DNA from: Kiritimatiellia bacterium
GTDB taxonomy: Bacteria > Verrucomicrobiota > Kiritimatiellia > RFP12 > UBA1067
DNA length: 64,000 nt
Direction: 5' to 3'
Assembly (NCBI GenBank): GCA_051884915.1
Contig: JBJEWF010000004.1
Coordinates: forward strand, 243-64,242
The first letter of the stretch is position 1. Every line of letters begins with the position of its first letter. Position numbers and translations under genes: made by a program. Under the pieces are notes generated by a model that saw only the letters and a program-made list of their open reading frames with translations, ran no database searches and was not told the DNA's origin. Below are positions 55,633 to 64,000 of the stretch, in pieces.

Positions 55633-55799
55633 TGGCAACCGAGAAGAAGCACTACCTTGTCGAGACGCACGTCGGCCCCCAGGAAACCTGGGCCACCTCT
55701 CCGAAGAAGGCAATCGCCCAGGTCCGCTACCGTCTCGTCGGCGGAGCGTTCGCCGGAACCTGCAGGACAACATACTGGACCGTGAAGGAGATCGCATGA
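55632..55799 (+). CDS. Small hypothetical protein (55 aa)
   Basis: MATEKKHYLVETHVGPQETWATSPKKAIAQVRYRLVGGAFAGTCRTTYWTVKEIA. TAATG overlap with the upstream gene and ATGA overlap with the downstream gene. Confidence 0.45.
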   Translation: MATEKKHYLVETHVGPQETWATSPKKAIAQVRYRLVGGAFAGTCRTTYWTVKEIA

Positions 55800-56098
55800 A
55801 GACCGCCGCCAACCTTCCAGACATCAAGTGCAAGTTCGACGCAATCGTCGACGCACTGGAACAGAAGATCCGCGAACTTCGGACCTTCGCCGCGGACAAC
55901 CTGGCGCAGCCAGTCGCAGTCAACGGCGCGACGGAACAGATTATCAGCGTCGCGGACGCAGCCGAGGTCCTCTCGAAGTCTACGAAGACCGTCCTCCGCT
56001 ATTGCCGCGCCGGAAGTCTCAAGGCGTACAAGGCCCCAGGCGCGAAGCTCACGACGGGCGTCTACCTCTCGTCGCTGAACGCCCTGCTGAACGATTAA
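55796..56098 (+). CDS. HTH DNA-binding protein (excisionase/MerR-like HTH)
   Basis: ...ISVADAAEVLSKSTKTVLRYCRAGSLKAYK is a helix-turn-helix typical of Xis/AlpA-like proteins. 100 aa. Confidence 0.55.
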   Translation: MKTAANLPDIKCKFDAIVDALEQKIRELRTFAADNLAQPVAVNGATEQIISVADAAEVLSKSTKTVLRYCRAGSLKAYKAPGAKLTTGVYLSSLNALLND

Positions 56099-56114
56099 CC
56101 AACCACAAAAGGAG

Positions 56115-56498
56115 ATGCAGATGCACACGAACAACATCTTGAAGGAAATCCGACAGGAGAAAATCGGGAAGTGGCTCCAGGCGGTGAAGAAGAACACCGA
56201 CCTGCTGCTGGCGTTCCCCGTCGATCCGGTCGAGCACGAGGCCGTGGCCGAATTCCGGGAGAGCGTCGCTTACAAGATCGGCTGGCTTTCCGAGTACCTG
56301 GCGACGGGCAAGTGGAACTTCTTCGCCGATCAGAACATCGGAAGCCCGATGACGATCCAGATCGACGCCGAACGCGCCGAGGAACCCCACGACGAAGCCT
56401 CCGACGCCGAACGCGCCGCCGCAATGGACGCGGCGACGGAAGCCGAAGCCGCCGAGGAAGCCGCCCTGGCCCAGGCGAAGCAGGAAGCGGAGGCGTGA
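56115..56498 (+). CDS. Hypothetical phage protein with acidic Ala/Glu-rich C-terminus
   Basis: 127 aa. No recognisable motif. Confidence 0.45.
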   Translation: MQMHTNNILKEIRQEKIGKWLQAVKKNTDLLLAFPVDPVEHEAVAEFRESVAYKIGWLSEYLATGKWNFFADQNIGSPMTIQIDAERAEEPHDEASDAERAAAMDAATEAEAAEEAALAQAKQEAEA

Positions 56499-56499
56499 C

Positions 56500-57096
56500 A
56501 TGGACGAGACCTTCAAGGGCGCCGGCATCCAGGCGAAGCTCTCCTACATCCAGGTGAATCTCCGCGTTCCGAAGGATATGGACGTGAAGAACTGGCAGGG
56601 GAAGACGCAATATCAGTACCGCAACCTCTCCAGCATCTTCGAGAAGGTGAAGCCGCTGCTGGAGCAGACCGGCTGCAATCTCAAGATCGTCGACGAGACG
56701 CCGGTCGTCGTCGGCGGAGACATCACGCCCGTCTTCGAGACCGTCAAGAACAAGAACGGGAACACGTCGCAGCGTATGCTCGTCGGCCCCCGCATCTACA
56801 TCCGCGCCCACGCAATTCTCACGGACATTGAGACCGGCGAGAGCGTCGAGGCGGTCCGCAACGCACGCGAGACCGAATGGCGGACTGGAATGGATCCCGC
56901 GCAGCTCACGGGCGCGACCTCGAGCTACGCGGGCAAGTACGCCGCCGAGGCGCTTTTCGGCCTTGACGGATCCGACGACGCCGACGCGCTGGCCGCAAAG
57001 GAGAACGCGCCCAGGACGGGCGGCGTGAGGCGGACCTACTTCGGCCAGTACAAGGACGCCATCGCCGCCTCGCAGGACGAAGCCCCCAATTTTTAA
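56500..57096 (+). CDS. erf: ERF-family single-strand annealing protein
   Basis: ...TGMDPAQLTGATSSYAGKYAAEALFGLDGSDDADA closely matches the recalled P22 Erf core (KGMDAAQVTGATSSYARKYCLNGLFGIDD). Confidence 0.8.
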   Translation: MDETFKGAGIQAKLSYIQVNLRVPKDMDVKNWQGKTQYQYRNLSSIFEKVKPLLEQTGCNLKIVDETPVVVGGDITPVFETVKNKNGNTSQRMLVGPRIYIRAHAILTDIETGESVEAVRNARETEWRTGMDPAQLTGATSSYAGKYAAEALFGLDGSDDADALAAKENAPRTGGVRRTYFGQYKDAIAASQDEAPNF

Positions 57097-57121
57097 CCAC
57101 AACCCCAAAAGGGAAAACGAC

Positions 57122-58156
57122 ATGAGCAAGAAAGACACAGAGGCGGCACCCGCCGCAATCCACGACCCCTTCGGCGGATCCAAATGGCCGGCGTTCTCGG
57201 TCTCCCCGGCGTTCCGTGGTGCCGACGGAACCTCGAAGGAAGCGCAGAGCGGTACCCGCGCCCACATCGCAATGGCGGTATTCACGGGCAACTCCGGAGC
57301 GACGCGCGAGGACGTCCAGGCCGAGATCAAGAAGGTGAAGGACGTGTACCGCACGAAGCTCACCGACGAGGAGATCGAGATCGCCCGCTGGGCCGTCGGC
57401 GTGAAGAAGCACTACGCCAAGGGCCGCGAACTCCACCCCGAGACGACGACGAAGATCGACGCGCCCGCGCTTGCGAACATCCACGGCATCGAGGGCACGG
57501 CGGACGACTGGTGCCTGGGCGCGGACGGTGAGCCGCCGATCATCTTCGACCTCAAGAGCGGGGCGCGTGAATTCCCCGAGCGGAAGTTCGAGCAGTTTGT
57601 CTGCTACGCTGCCGGGCTTATGTCCACGGCCCCGGAGTTCGCGGAAGCCGCCGCCGCCGCCGACTACAAGGTGCGCTTCATCGCCCTTCTCGGTGGCGCG
57701 AGGTCCGCCGTCGAGACCACGGTGGACATCAACGCGGCGGCGGAACGCGCGAACAAGTACATCGGCGTGGCGAAGGCCGCAACGCCGGAGAGCTGCACGC
57801 CGAACCCGTCGAGCTGCGAGTACTGCAAGTTCTCGGCGGACTGCCCCGCGCGGAAGAATGACGCCGACGCGGCTGCAAAGGAGTCCGGCATCATCCAGGC
57901 CGGTTGCGAGTACGTCCCGATGGCGAAGCTTGACACGCCGAACGCCCTGCTCCGCCTCAAGGGCGTCGCCGCGTTCTTCGACGCGGCCAAGAAGCAGATC
58001 CAGGCCGACAGGCTTGACGGCATCATGGCCAGCGAGGACTGGAAGAGGCACACTGCTGCGCTGAAGGACCTCGCCGCAACGGCTAACTTCGAGGGCGCGG
58101 GCGGCGTCGCCGTCAAGTTCATCGTCAAAATCTCCACCGAGGTCCGCATCGGATGA
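57122..58156 (+). CDS. PD-(D/E)xK nuclease, Cas4/RecB-like, with C-terminal Cys cluster (CX6CX2CX5C); probable recombination exonuclease partner of ERF
   Basis: GTADDW...IIFDLKSG nuclease core. The CTPNPSSCEYCKFSADC Cys cluster is a putative Fe-S site. Confidence 0.6.
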   Translation: MSKKDTEAAPAAIHDPFGGSKWPAFSVSPAFRGADGTSKEAQSGTRAHIAMAVFTGNSGATREDVQAEIKKVKDVYRTKLTDEEIEIARWAVGVKKHYAKGRELHPETTTKIDAPALANIHGIEGTADDWCLGADGEPPIIFDLKSGAREFPERKFEQFVCYAAGLMSTAPEFAEAAAAADYKVRFIALLGGARSAVETTVDINAAAERANKYIGVAKAATPESCTPNPSSCEYCKFSADCPARKNDADAAAKESGIIQAGCEYVPMAKLDTPNALLRLKGVAAFFDAAKKQIQADRLDGIMASEDWKRHTAALKDLAATANFEGAGGVAVKFIVKISTEVRIG

Positions 58157-58224
58157 ACCGATTCGGGGAGAACATCCACAAGTCATTCTGCCCGATTCTG
58201 GGCGCAACAAAGAAGGAGCCACAC

Positions 58225-58776
58225 ATGAAGATCGAAATCGAGAACGCGGAAGTGACCCGCGTCTGGGAGAACACGCGCGGACAGTACACCGACTACTGCC
58301 TCAACGTCAAGTTCATGGACGGGAAGTTCGACAACTTCCTCTGCCTGAAGTCGAAGGATTCCGGCGTATTCGCCGACATCCACGAAGGCGACATCATCGA
58401 GAAGGCGACCGTGTACATCAATGGCCGCGCCTGGGAATCCCCGAAGGACGGACAGGTCGTGTTCTGCGACTTCAAGGTGGCGAGCCGACAGAGCATCACG
58501 TTGAAGGCGGCGGTGGCGAAGAAGCCGATCCTTGCGTGCGACTGGAAGGCCGCGCAGCTTGCGTTCATCGAAGCAAAGGGCCTTGGCGATTCTAGCGCGG
58601 ACGAGATCAAGAAGGCGTTCGGCGAGTTCTGCAAATCGACGATCCCCGGCAAGGCCGCGAAGGACTACAAGCCGGTCGACTGGGCGACCATCCACAACGC
58701 CGCGACGGGCGCGAAGGAAGAGACTCAGGAAGAGGCCGCGCCGGACTTCGGCGACCTCGACGACCTGCCGTTCTAA
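58225..58776 (+). CDS. Putative phage single-stranded DNA-binding protein (divergent OB-fold) with SSB-like acidic C-terminal tail DFGDLDDLPF
   Basis: Start MKIEIEN at 58225 with an AAGGAG RBS. C-terminal ...EEAAPDFGDLDDLPF mimics the SSB DDDIPF protein-interaction tail. Confidence 0.5.
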   Translation: MKIEIENAEVTRVWENTRGQYTDYCLNVKFMDGKFDNFLCLKSKDSGVFADIHEGDIIEKATVYINGRAWESPKDGQVVFCDFKVASRQSITLKAAVAKKPILACDWKAAQLAFIEAKGLGDSSADEIKKAFGEFCKSTIPGKAAKDYKPVDWATIHNAATGAKEETQEEAAPDFGDLDDLPF

Positions 58777-58852
58777 ACTTGCTGGGCCTCGCAGATCACC
58801 CAGGACCAAAACGATCTGCACCACTTTTCAGCCGAAACTAAACGAGACGAAC

Positions 58853-60041
58853 ATGAGAATCAAGAGGAAACAGACGAATCCGCGCGAAATCAACACGGTG
58901 GACCTCTTATGCGGTGCCGGCGGCGCTTCCACCGGCATGGAACTCGCCATGCAGCGCCTGGGACTGACGCACAAGGGCATCGCCATCAACCATTGGTCCG
59001 TGGCCGTGGACACCATGAAGCTGAACCACCCGCTCATCGAGACGAAGCAGATGAGCATCGAGGAAGCGGTCCCCACAGACATGGTTCCGAGCGGAGAGGT
59101 TGACCTTCTCTGGGCGTCGCCGAGCTGCACCCACCACTCCCGCGCAAAGGGCGGGAAGCCTAGGTCCAACCAGCTCCGCGCCCAGCCCGAACTCGTCCTC
59201 ACCTGGATAGACCAGCTTTTCGTCCGCCGCGTCATCATCGAGAATGTCCCCGAATTTGTTGAATGGGTACCGCTCTCGAAGGACGGCCAGCCGATCAAGA
59301 AGCTGCAAGGCTCGTGCTTTCGCGCATGGATCGCGGCAATCGAGGCGCGGAACTATGCCGTGGAATGGCGAGTTGTAAATTGCGCTGACTACGGCGACGC
59401 GACAAGCCGCCGCCGCTTTTTCCTGAAAGCCGTTCGGCGCGGTTGCGGTAAGATTAGGTGGCCGGAACCGACACACGCCGAAAAACCGCAGCCCGACCTT
59501 TTCGGCCGCGAATTGAAGAAGTGGCGCGGCGTTCAGGAATGCCTGGACTTGGCGGACACGGGTAAGTCGATCTTCAACCGCGAGAAGCCGCTTGCGAGGA
59601 ACACGCTGCGGCGCATCATGGTTGGCTTGCGCAAGTACAACGGACTTGACTTCCAGATGGATATGCTCGGCAGCGACAAGGGCGAAGGTTCGCGTGTGCG
59701 CCCGTTGACCGCGCCGTTGCCGACACAACACGCAGGGGGCAACCGCAGCGCGGTGGTGCGCCCATTAATAGTGCGCTTGCGAAACAATCAGGACGCCGAT
59801 GCCCACGCTTACTACAGGCGGCGCAATGCGCGGCATCTTCCCCGTGCTGGAGGACGGGCGAATAATCGACATCCGCATTCGGATGTTGAAGCCAGGCGAA
59901 CTTGCTGCAGCGCACAGCTTCCCGAAGGACTACGTGCTTACGGGCAACCGGGGCGAACAGGTGAAGCAGATCGGGAACTCTGTGCCGGTCATGACCGCAG
60001 CCGCAATGTGCGGTGCTGACTTCGAGGATACAAACAAGTGA
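58853..60041 (+). pseudogene. DNA (cytosine-5)-methyltransferase (Dcm-type), interrupted by a +1 frameshift near 59772-59800
   Basis: Motif I DLLCGAGG, motif IV SPSC, motif VI ENVPEF in one frame from ATG 58853. The PTLTTGG...QIGNSVPV motifs (VIII-X) are in the +1 frame, ending at 60041. Confidence 0.65.
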
Positions 60042-60463
60042 AGATCATCCTCAACATTGTGCCGCCGACAGCGACGGCCCAGCAGAAGGGAGCCTACGTC
60101 GCCGGCGGGCGCGTGCGCTTCTACAAGAAGGAGAAGGTCCGCATTGCCGAGAATCTCCTCGCGTCCATGCTCAAGGACTACCAGCCGAAGGAGCCGATTA
60201 ACGAAGCCGTCAACGTCAGCGTCGTGTTCTGCTTCCCGTATCGTAAGAACGAGCGAAAGCATATCGTGAGGAACGGTCTCATCGTCCCGCACACGACACG
60301 CCCGGATCTGGACAACATGGAGAAGGCCCTGCTCGACACGCTCACACGCCTGGGATTCTGGAATGACGACGCGCTCGTCTGCTCGAAGCACACGCGCAAG
60401 CAGCGCGGCCCCGTACCGTTCATCAGAATCGACATCGTCCCGCTCAAGGAGCTGCTGCCGTGA
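60038..60463 (+). CDS. rusA: RusA-family Holliday junction resolvase
   Basis: ...TRPDLDNMEKALLDTL... is the RusA catalytic Asp motif. GTG start overlaps the Dcm +1-frame stop (GTGA). Confidence 0.8.
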   Translation: MKIILNIVPPTATAQQKGAYVAGGRVRFYKKEKVRIAENLLASMLKDYQPKEPINEAVNVSVVFCFPYRKNERKHIVRNGLIVPHTTRPDLDNMEKALLDTLTRLGFWNDDALVCSKHTRKQRGPVPFIRIDIVPLKELLP

Positions 60464-60684
60464 CGAACGCCGAGAAGTTCAGCACGCCAGCCGTGAAAAT
60501 CGCGCATTTCGCCGACTACATCGCCACGTCGGACGGCTTCAAGGCCATTAAAATCGCACGCGACAACCTCGGCATGAGCGAAATCGCCGCCACCAATCTC
60601 GTCTTCTCCGCCTGGCTCACAACCGAAGCCGCGCCCGAAGACGCCACCGAAACCGAAAACCCCGAATGGGAGACCACAAAGTGA
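60460..60684 (+). CDS. Hypothetical phage protein (74 aa)
   Basis: Coupled ORF (start overlaps the rusA stop). No motif recognised. Confidence 0.4.
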   Translation: MTNAEKFSTPAVKIAHFADYIATSDGFKAIKIARDNLGMSEIAATNLVFSAWLTTEAAPEDATETENPEWETTK

Positions 60685-60820
60685 CACACAAGAGCGCACC
60701 AAGGCGCGCCGTCGCGGCAGCCGTCGGCTTCATCGTCGGCATCGCCGTCGCCGGCATCGCCATCTTCTACCTTCCCTTCCACTTCGCCGCCGAGGGATGG
60801 CGTCAAGAATAGCACAAGAA

Positions 60821-61099
60821 ATGAACAACATGAGCCGAAACCGGTATGAACCTGTGAAGAACCCGCCGCTCCACCATGGCGTCGCGATCTTCCACCACGT
60901 CGAGAGCTACAAGCCAATCGCCCTCAACCCGGTCATCATCTACAAGATCGGCATCAGCAACCATGAGCGTGGCGACACGATGGTCTTCTACGGGCAAAAT
61001 GAGTACATCTACGTTGCCGAGAGCATCAAGGAGGCCACCGTCATCTGGGCGAACGCGCTGAACGGCACGACGGACTGGGAAGGAGTAGACACGCTATGA
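60821..61099 (+). CDS. Hypothetical phage protein
   Basis: ORF with lower-GC codon usage. Start uncertain (60797, 60821 or 60830). Confidence 0.4.
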   Translation: MNNMSRNRYEPVKNPPLHHGVAIFHHVESYKPIALNPVIIYKIGISNHERGDTMVFYGQNEYIYVAESIKEATVIWANALNGTTDWEGVDTL

Positions 61100-61473
61100 A
61101 GCACCCGAACCTTCCGCGCATCAGCCCCGGAATGCTGCTCACAATGTTCCGAGACGCGGCCATTGCGCTCGAACACGCCGAGAGCAAGCACCCCAACTTC
61201 GCCGACTCGTTCACTTGCCGGTTCGACACCTTGAAGGACGCGAACGTCGCCCTGCAAACGCGCCGCGAACTCAACGCCAGGGCTATCGAAGACGGGCGGC
61301 TCACCTCAATCGAGGTCCTGGACTGCGAACTCCTGGAAGCCCGCGAGGCGTTCATTCGCGGGAGCCTGGAAGACTTCAACATGGAGATGGCCCAGGTCCT
61401 GGCCGTGACGCTCCGCTTGTGGCACCTCGGCGCGTTGACGCTTGTCAAGGGCGAGAACGGAGGTGCGAAATGA
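61096..61473 (+). CDS. Hypothetical phage protein (125 aa)
   Basis: ATGA-coupled to both neighbours. Confidence 0.45.
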   Translation: MKHPNLPRISPGMLLTMFRDAAIALEHAESKHPNFADSFTCRFDTLKDANVALQTRRELNARAIEDGRLTSIEVLDCELLEAREAFIRGSLEDFNMEMAQVLAVTLRLWHLGALTLVKGENGGAK

Positions 61474-61808
61474 TCATCTATGTCGCGTCCCCCTTCCACG
61501 GCGACGGAACCGCCGAATCCCAGCGCGAGAACATGAAACGAGCCGCCGTCTATTGCGCTTGGGTGGTCCAGCGCGGACACGTCCCCTACGCGCCGCACCT
61601 CTTGTTCCCGAACTTCCTCGACGAGAACAAGCCCGAACACCGCGAGATTGCGCTCAAGGCCGGCCAGGCAATGCTCAACCGCTGCGACCAGCTCTGGGCG
61701 TTCACGGAGAACGGAATCAGCGACGGAATGCGTGCCGAGATGGACTACGCCCGGCGAATCGGGAAACAGGTCTACATGATGAATCCTGAGAAGAGGAGCG
61801 CGAAATGA
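61470..61808 (+). CDS. Nucleoside 2-deoxyribosyltransferase-like small phage protein (DUF4406-like)
   Basis: MIIYVASPFHGDG... N-terminus resembles the (I/L)Y(L/V)A(G/S)P(M/F) opening of the DUF4406/NDT-like fold. 112 aa. Confidence 0.45.
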   Translation: MIIYVASPFHGDGTAESQRENMKRAAVYCAWVVQRGHVPYAPHLLFPNFLDENKPEHREIALKAGQAMLNRCDQLWAFTENGISDGMRAEMDYARRIGKQVYMMNPEKRSAK

Positions 61809-62278
61809 CGTTCATACGCGCCGACATCTGCAGCACGGGGCACCTGGACGGAATAACGTTCCGCCCAATTGCCGGAATCGGGAGCGAACCCGAGATGCTG
61901 CTCATGGGCGAAATTGCCGGCCAGCTCAACCGCCGCGCCAAGGAACTCACCTCCGAATGCTCTCCGAAGATCTCCGCGACCGAGACCAAGCGCCTCGAAA
62001 CGCGGAGCCGTCGCGAGAAATGCACGGCGGTCATTTCTTGCCGGTGGGACGGCGCGCGCTTCACGCTCCGGAACTACCTCGAGGACTTCCAGGTGGCGAC
62101 GGGGCAAGACAAGCGAGGCCGTCCCATCTGGAAGACGGCGGAGCAGAACGAGACGAGCGTGCGCCTGGGGAATTGGGCGTCCTATGTCCTCGACTGGTTC
62201 GAGGCATACGAAAAGGGCATCGTCGAGCAGTTTGTCCCGGAAGCCCGCGCGAAGATTTCCGTCACGACGGACCGCTAA
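61805..62278 (+). CDS. Hypothetical phage protein (157 aa)
   Basis: Coupled ORF. No motif recognised. Confidence 0.45.
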   Translation: MTFIRADICSTGHLDGITFRPIAGIGSEPEMLLMGEIAGQLNRRAKELTSECSPKISATETKRLETRSRREKCTAVISCRWDGARFTLRNYLEDFQVATGQDKRGRPIWKTAEQNETSVRLGNWASYVLDWFEAYEKGIVEQFVPEARAKISVTTDR

Positions 62279-62808
62279 TGCCTTCCCATGCGGCCATAGA
62301 ACGCGCGGCGGTGTTCGCCCTTCTCGACCCAGAAACGGCGACCTGGGCGACGCCGCTTGTGCGTGGACTGTCCGCCAGGGACTTCACGGACCCGTTCTGC
62401 CGCTTGTGCTTCCAGGCAATATGCGCCGCGCACAAGCGCGAGGACGCAATCCCGACGGAGAGGGACATGGCGAGACGGTACGGATGGAGCCAGCGGGCGA
62501 CCGCGCTCATCGAAGACGCCGAACTCGTCACCGTCTGGACGAGCGAGACCGACAATCCGCTGCACCACATCCCGAGAGAGACGTACACGCGACCCATCAC
62601 CCAAGAGGAATACGACACCTGGCCGGAATTCCTTCGGGAAGGAACCAAGCCAGGCGACCCGACAATCGAAACGCGCCCGCAGACCGTGGTCGAGCGCATC
62701 AAAATACGGCCCGTGGACGAGCTGCTGCAGAACGCAGCGTACACCGACAAGCAGATCCGCGACGCCTTCCATTTTCTCCAAGCCCACAGAAGGACCGAAC
62801 CGACATGA
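62278..62808 (+). CDS. Replication-associated protein with DnaB-N-terminal-like domain (possible helicase loader)
   Basis: ...ERAAVFALLDPETATWATPLVRGLSARDFTDPFCRLCFQAICAAHK resembles the DnaB N-terminal helical domain. TAATG-coupled start. Confidence 0.45.
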   Translation: MPSHAAIERAAVFALLDPETATWATPLVRGLSARDFTDPFCRLCFQAICAAHKREDAIPTERDMARRYGWSQRATALIEDAELVTVWTSETDNPLHHIPRETYTRPITQEEYDTWPEFLREGTKPGDPTIETRPQTVVERIKIRPVDELLQNAAYTDKQIRDAFHFLQAHRRTEPT

Positions 62809-64000
62809 CGCAGAAACGCGAGAAGCGTGACCTCCGGCGCGAAGCCGAACTCGCCGTAATTGGGAGCCTTCTGACACCCACGACACAAGAGGCCACAATC
62901 AAGGCCATCAAGCGCAGCAGCCTGGGAGCCGACTCGTTCGCCACACGCGACACCGCAGCCGCTTTCGCGCAGATCCTCATCGACGCGAAGTCCGAATGGG
63001 GAATCATGGACACCTCCGCCGAAGCCATCGGAAGGGACCTGGCGACCGCAAAGGCGCTGGCGAGAATCGGCAAGGAGAAGGAAGCCGTCGAGAAGGTCGT
63101 GGACAACGCACGCCAGGAGAAGCTCTTCACCACCATCCAGGGCATCACGGACAAGGTGGCCAACTACCCGAACGCCATCCAGGCGGGACGGGCGCTCCAG
63201 GACGCGCTCAAGCGGTTCGAGCGCGACGCGCAGAAGCTGAACAAGCCGAAGGGACGACTTCTCGGCTCATACGACTACCCAGGCCCCGACGAAGAGGACG
63301 ACCACTGCCTCTTCCAGAACCGCTACCTCCGCAGGGGAATGGCCGGAATGATCGTCGCCGGCTCCGGCGTCGGAAAGTCGGTCGTGTCGATCCAACTCGC
63401 CTACCATTGGGCGGTCGGCAAGACGTGCCTGGGAATCACGCCCACGAAGAAGACCGCCGCGACCTGCAAGGCGGGACGGAGCCTCCCGGACGGCGGAATG
63501 AAGATCGCCATCTTCCAGAGCGAGGACGACGAGTACGATATGCAGAACTTCCGGCGCGGCATCACGAACGGACTCATCGCAGACGGCTGGACGAGCGAGG
63601 AGATCAAGCTGGCGGAGAGCCGCGTGTCGTGCTATGGAATCGACGAAATCGGCGGCCAGGACATCTTCTCGTTCATGAGCGCGGTCCAGGACGATGAACT
63701 GTTCGACATGGCGTTCATCAACCCGCTCTTCGGATTCTACGAAGGCGACATCAAGGACAACGAGGAGGCGCGGCGTTGGCTGCGTGGCGGTCTCGACCCG
63801 CTCATCAAACGCGCCGGCAAGGAATTCGGGTGCTGGATTGTCCACCACACCCCGAAGCCGAAGCTCGACGACCTCAAGGACGGCGGCAACGTCTTCGCCG
63901 CCTACATAGGCAACGGAGCCTCCGAATTCACGAACTACCCCCGAGTTACGCTAGCCTTCGTGCCATGGAAGAGCGCGGCCCGTGGCAGCGTGCCGAGCCG
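62805..64000 (+). CDS. DnaB/RepA-like replicative helicase (RecA-fold NTPase), partial; continues beyond the window
   Basis: Open frame from ATG 62805 to the window end. N-terminal DnaB-like helical domain, Walker A GSGVGKS, then a Walker-B-like ...DMAFINPL segment. Absent from the ORF track because there is no stop in the window. Confidence 0.65.
   Translation, partial: MTQKREKRDLRREAELAVIGSLLTPTTQEATIKAIKRSSLGADSFATRDTAAAFAQILIDAKSEWGIMDTSAEAIGRDLATAKALARIGKEKEAVEKVVDNARQEKLFTTIQGITDKVANYPNAIQAGRALQDALKRFERDAQKLNKPKGRLLGSYDYPGPDEEDDHCLFQNRYLRRGMAGMIVAGSGVGKSVVSIQLAYHWAVGKTCLGITPTKKTAATCKAGRSLPDGGMKIAIFQSEDDEYDMQNFRRGITNGLIADGWTSEEIKLAESRVSCYGIDEIGGQDIFSFMSAVQDDELFDMAFINPLFGFYEGDIKDNEEARRWLRGGLDPLIKRAGKEFGCWIVHHTPKPKLDDLKDGGNVFAAYIGNGASEFTNYPRVTLAFVPWKSAARGSVPS

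Larger units (their letters stand above)
51735..64000. mobile_element. Prophage-like integrative element (integrase, TA module, regulatory switch, recombination and replication modules); right end beyond window
   Basis: Tyrosine integrase next to a tRNA fragment, then typical phage early genes (RHH repressors, Xis-like HTH, ERF, nuclease, SSB-like, Dcm, RusA, DnaB-like helicase). Many ATGA/TAATG coupled small ORFs. Confidence 0.7.

Noticed and set aside
58532-60019. 495-aa ORF as an intact methyltransferase
   Set aside because: The N-terminal 107 aa are a spurious extension across the SSB-like gene. The C-terminal 75 aa are out of frame relative to motifs VIII-X, so the true C-terminus is in the +1 frame (59799..60041).
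1-64000. IS elements/transposases and rRNA genes
   Set aside because: No transposase-like ORFs, terminal inverted repeats or rRNA-like conserved stretches were recognised. The only mobile signal is the integrase-bearing prophage region.

Overview
This window is about 64 kb of high-GC DNA (roughly 65% by eye), with very few stop codons and many long spurious antisense ORFs. I infer a PVC-superphylum-like anaerobe (Lentisphaerae/Kiritimatiellae-style) from the prepilin pseudopilins, the ECF sigma/Ser-Thr kinase pair, PFL, and the many secreted glycoside hydrolases. The left ~51.7 kb is chromosomal. It holds: a giant secreted LamG-repeat surface protein behind a promoter whose spacer is an A16 homopolymer (candidate phase-variation switch); secreted glycoside hydrolases (GH127-like, GH2, two uncertain families); the pdxR/pdxS/pdxT vitamin B6 locus; pflA/pflB; a BatD/BatE-like pair; a MocA-oxidoreductase/Zn-ADH/1-phosphofructokinase-like sugar module; an M20 peptidase; a T2SS-like gspE...gspFGHIJK cluster interrupted by an ECF sigma + Ser/Thr kinase + serA; tRNA-Gly/tRNA-Leu and tRNA-Gln with consensus promoters; ROK kinase, CBS-DHH phosphoesterase, rluA, murA. 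The most unusual chromosomal locus is a tightly packed operon: a divergent glycyl-radical enzyme with an apparent twin-arginine leader, then ketosynthase, hotdog dehydratase, ketoreductase, a second ketosynthase, and a lipoprotein serine hydrolase. This combination is my main candidate for a previously undescribed system. The right ~12.3 kb (about 51.7 kb to the window end) is a prophage-like integrative element inserted next to an orphan tRNA 3' fragment and its terminator. It carries a tyrosine integrase, hicBA, an AT-rich non-coding stretch with a 40-bp palindrome, three tandem ribbon-helix-helix genes controlled by three copies of a 13-bp palindromic operator (one inside a perfect sigma70 promoter), translationally coupled micro-ORFs, an ERF/Cas4-like nuclease/SSB-like recombination module, a frameshifted orphan C5 cytosine methyltransferase, rusA, and DnaB-like replication genes that run off the window. 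All calls come from reading the sequence and from recalled family signatures. I ran no searches.
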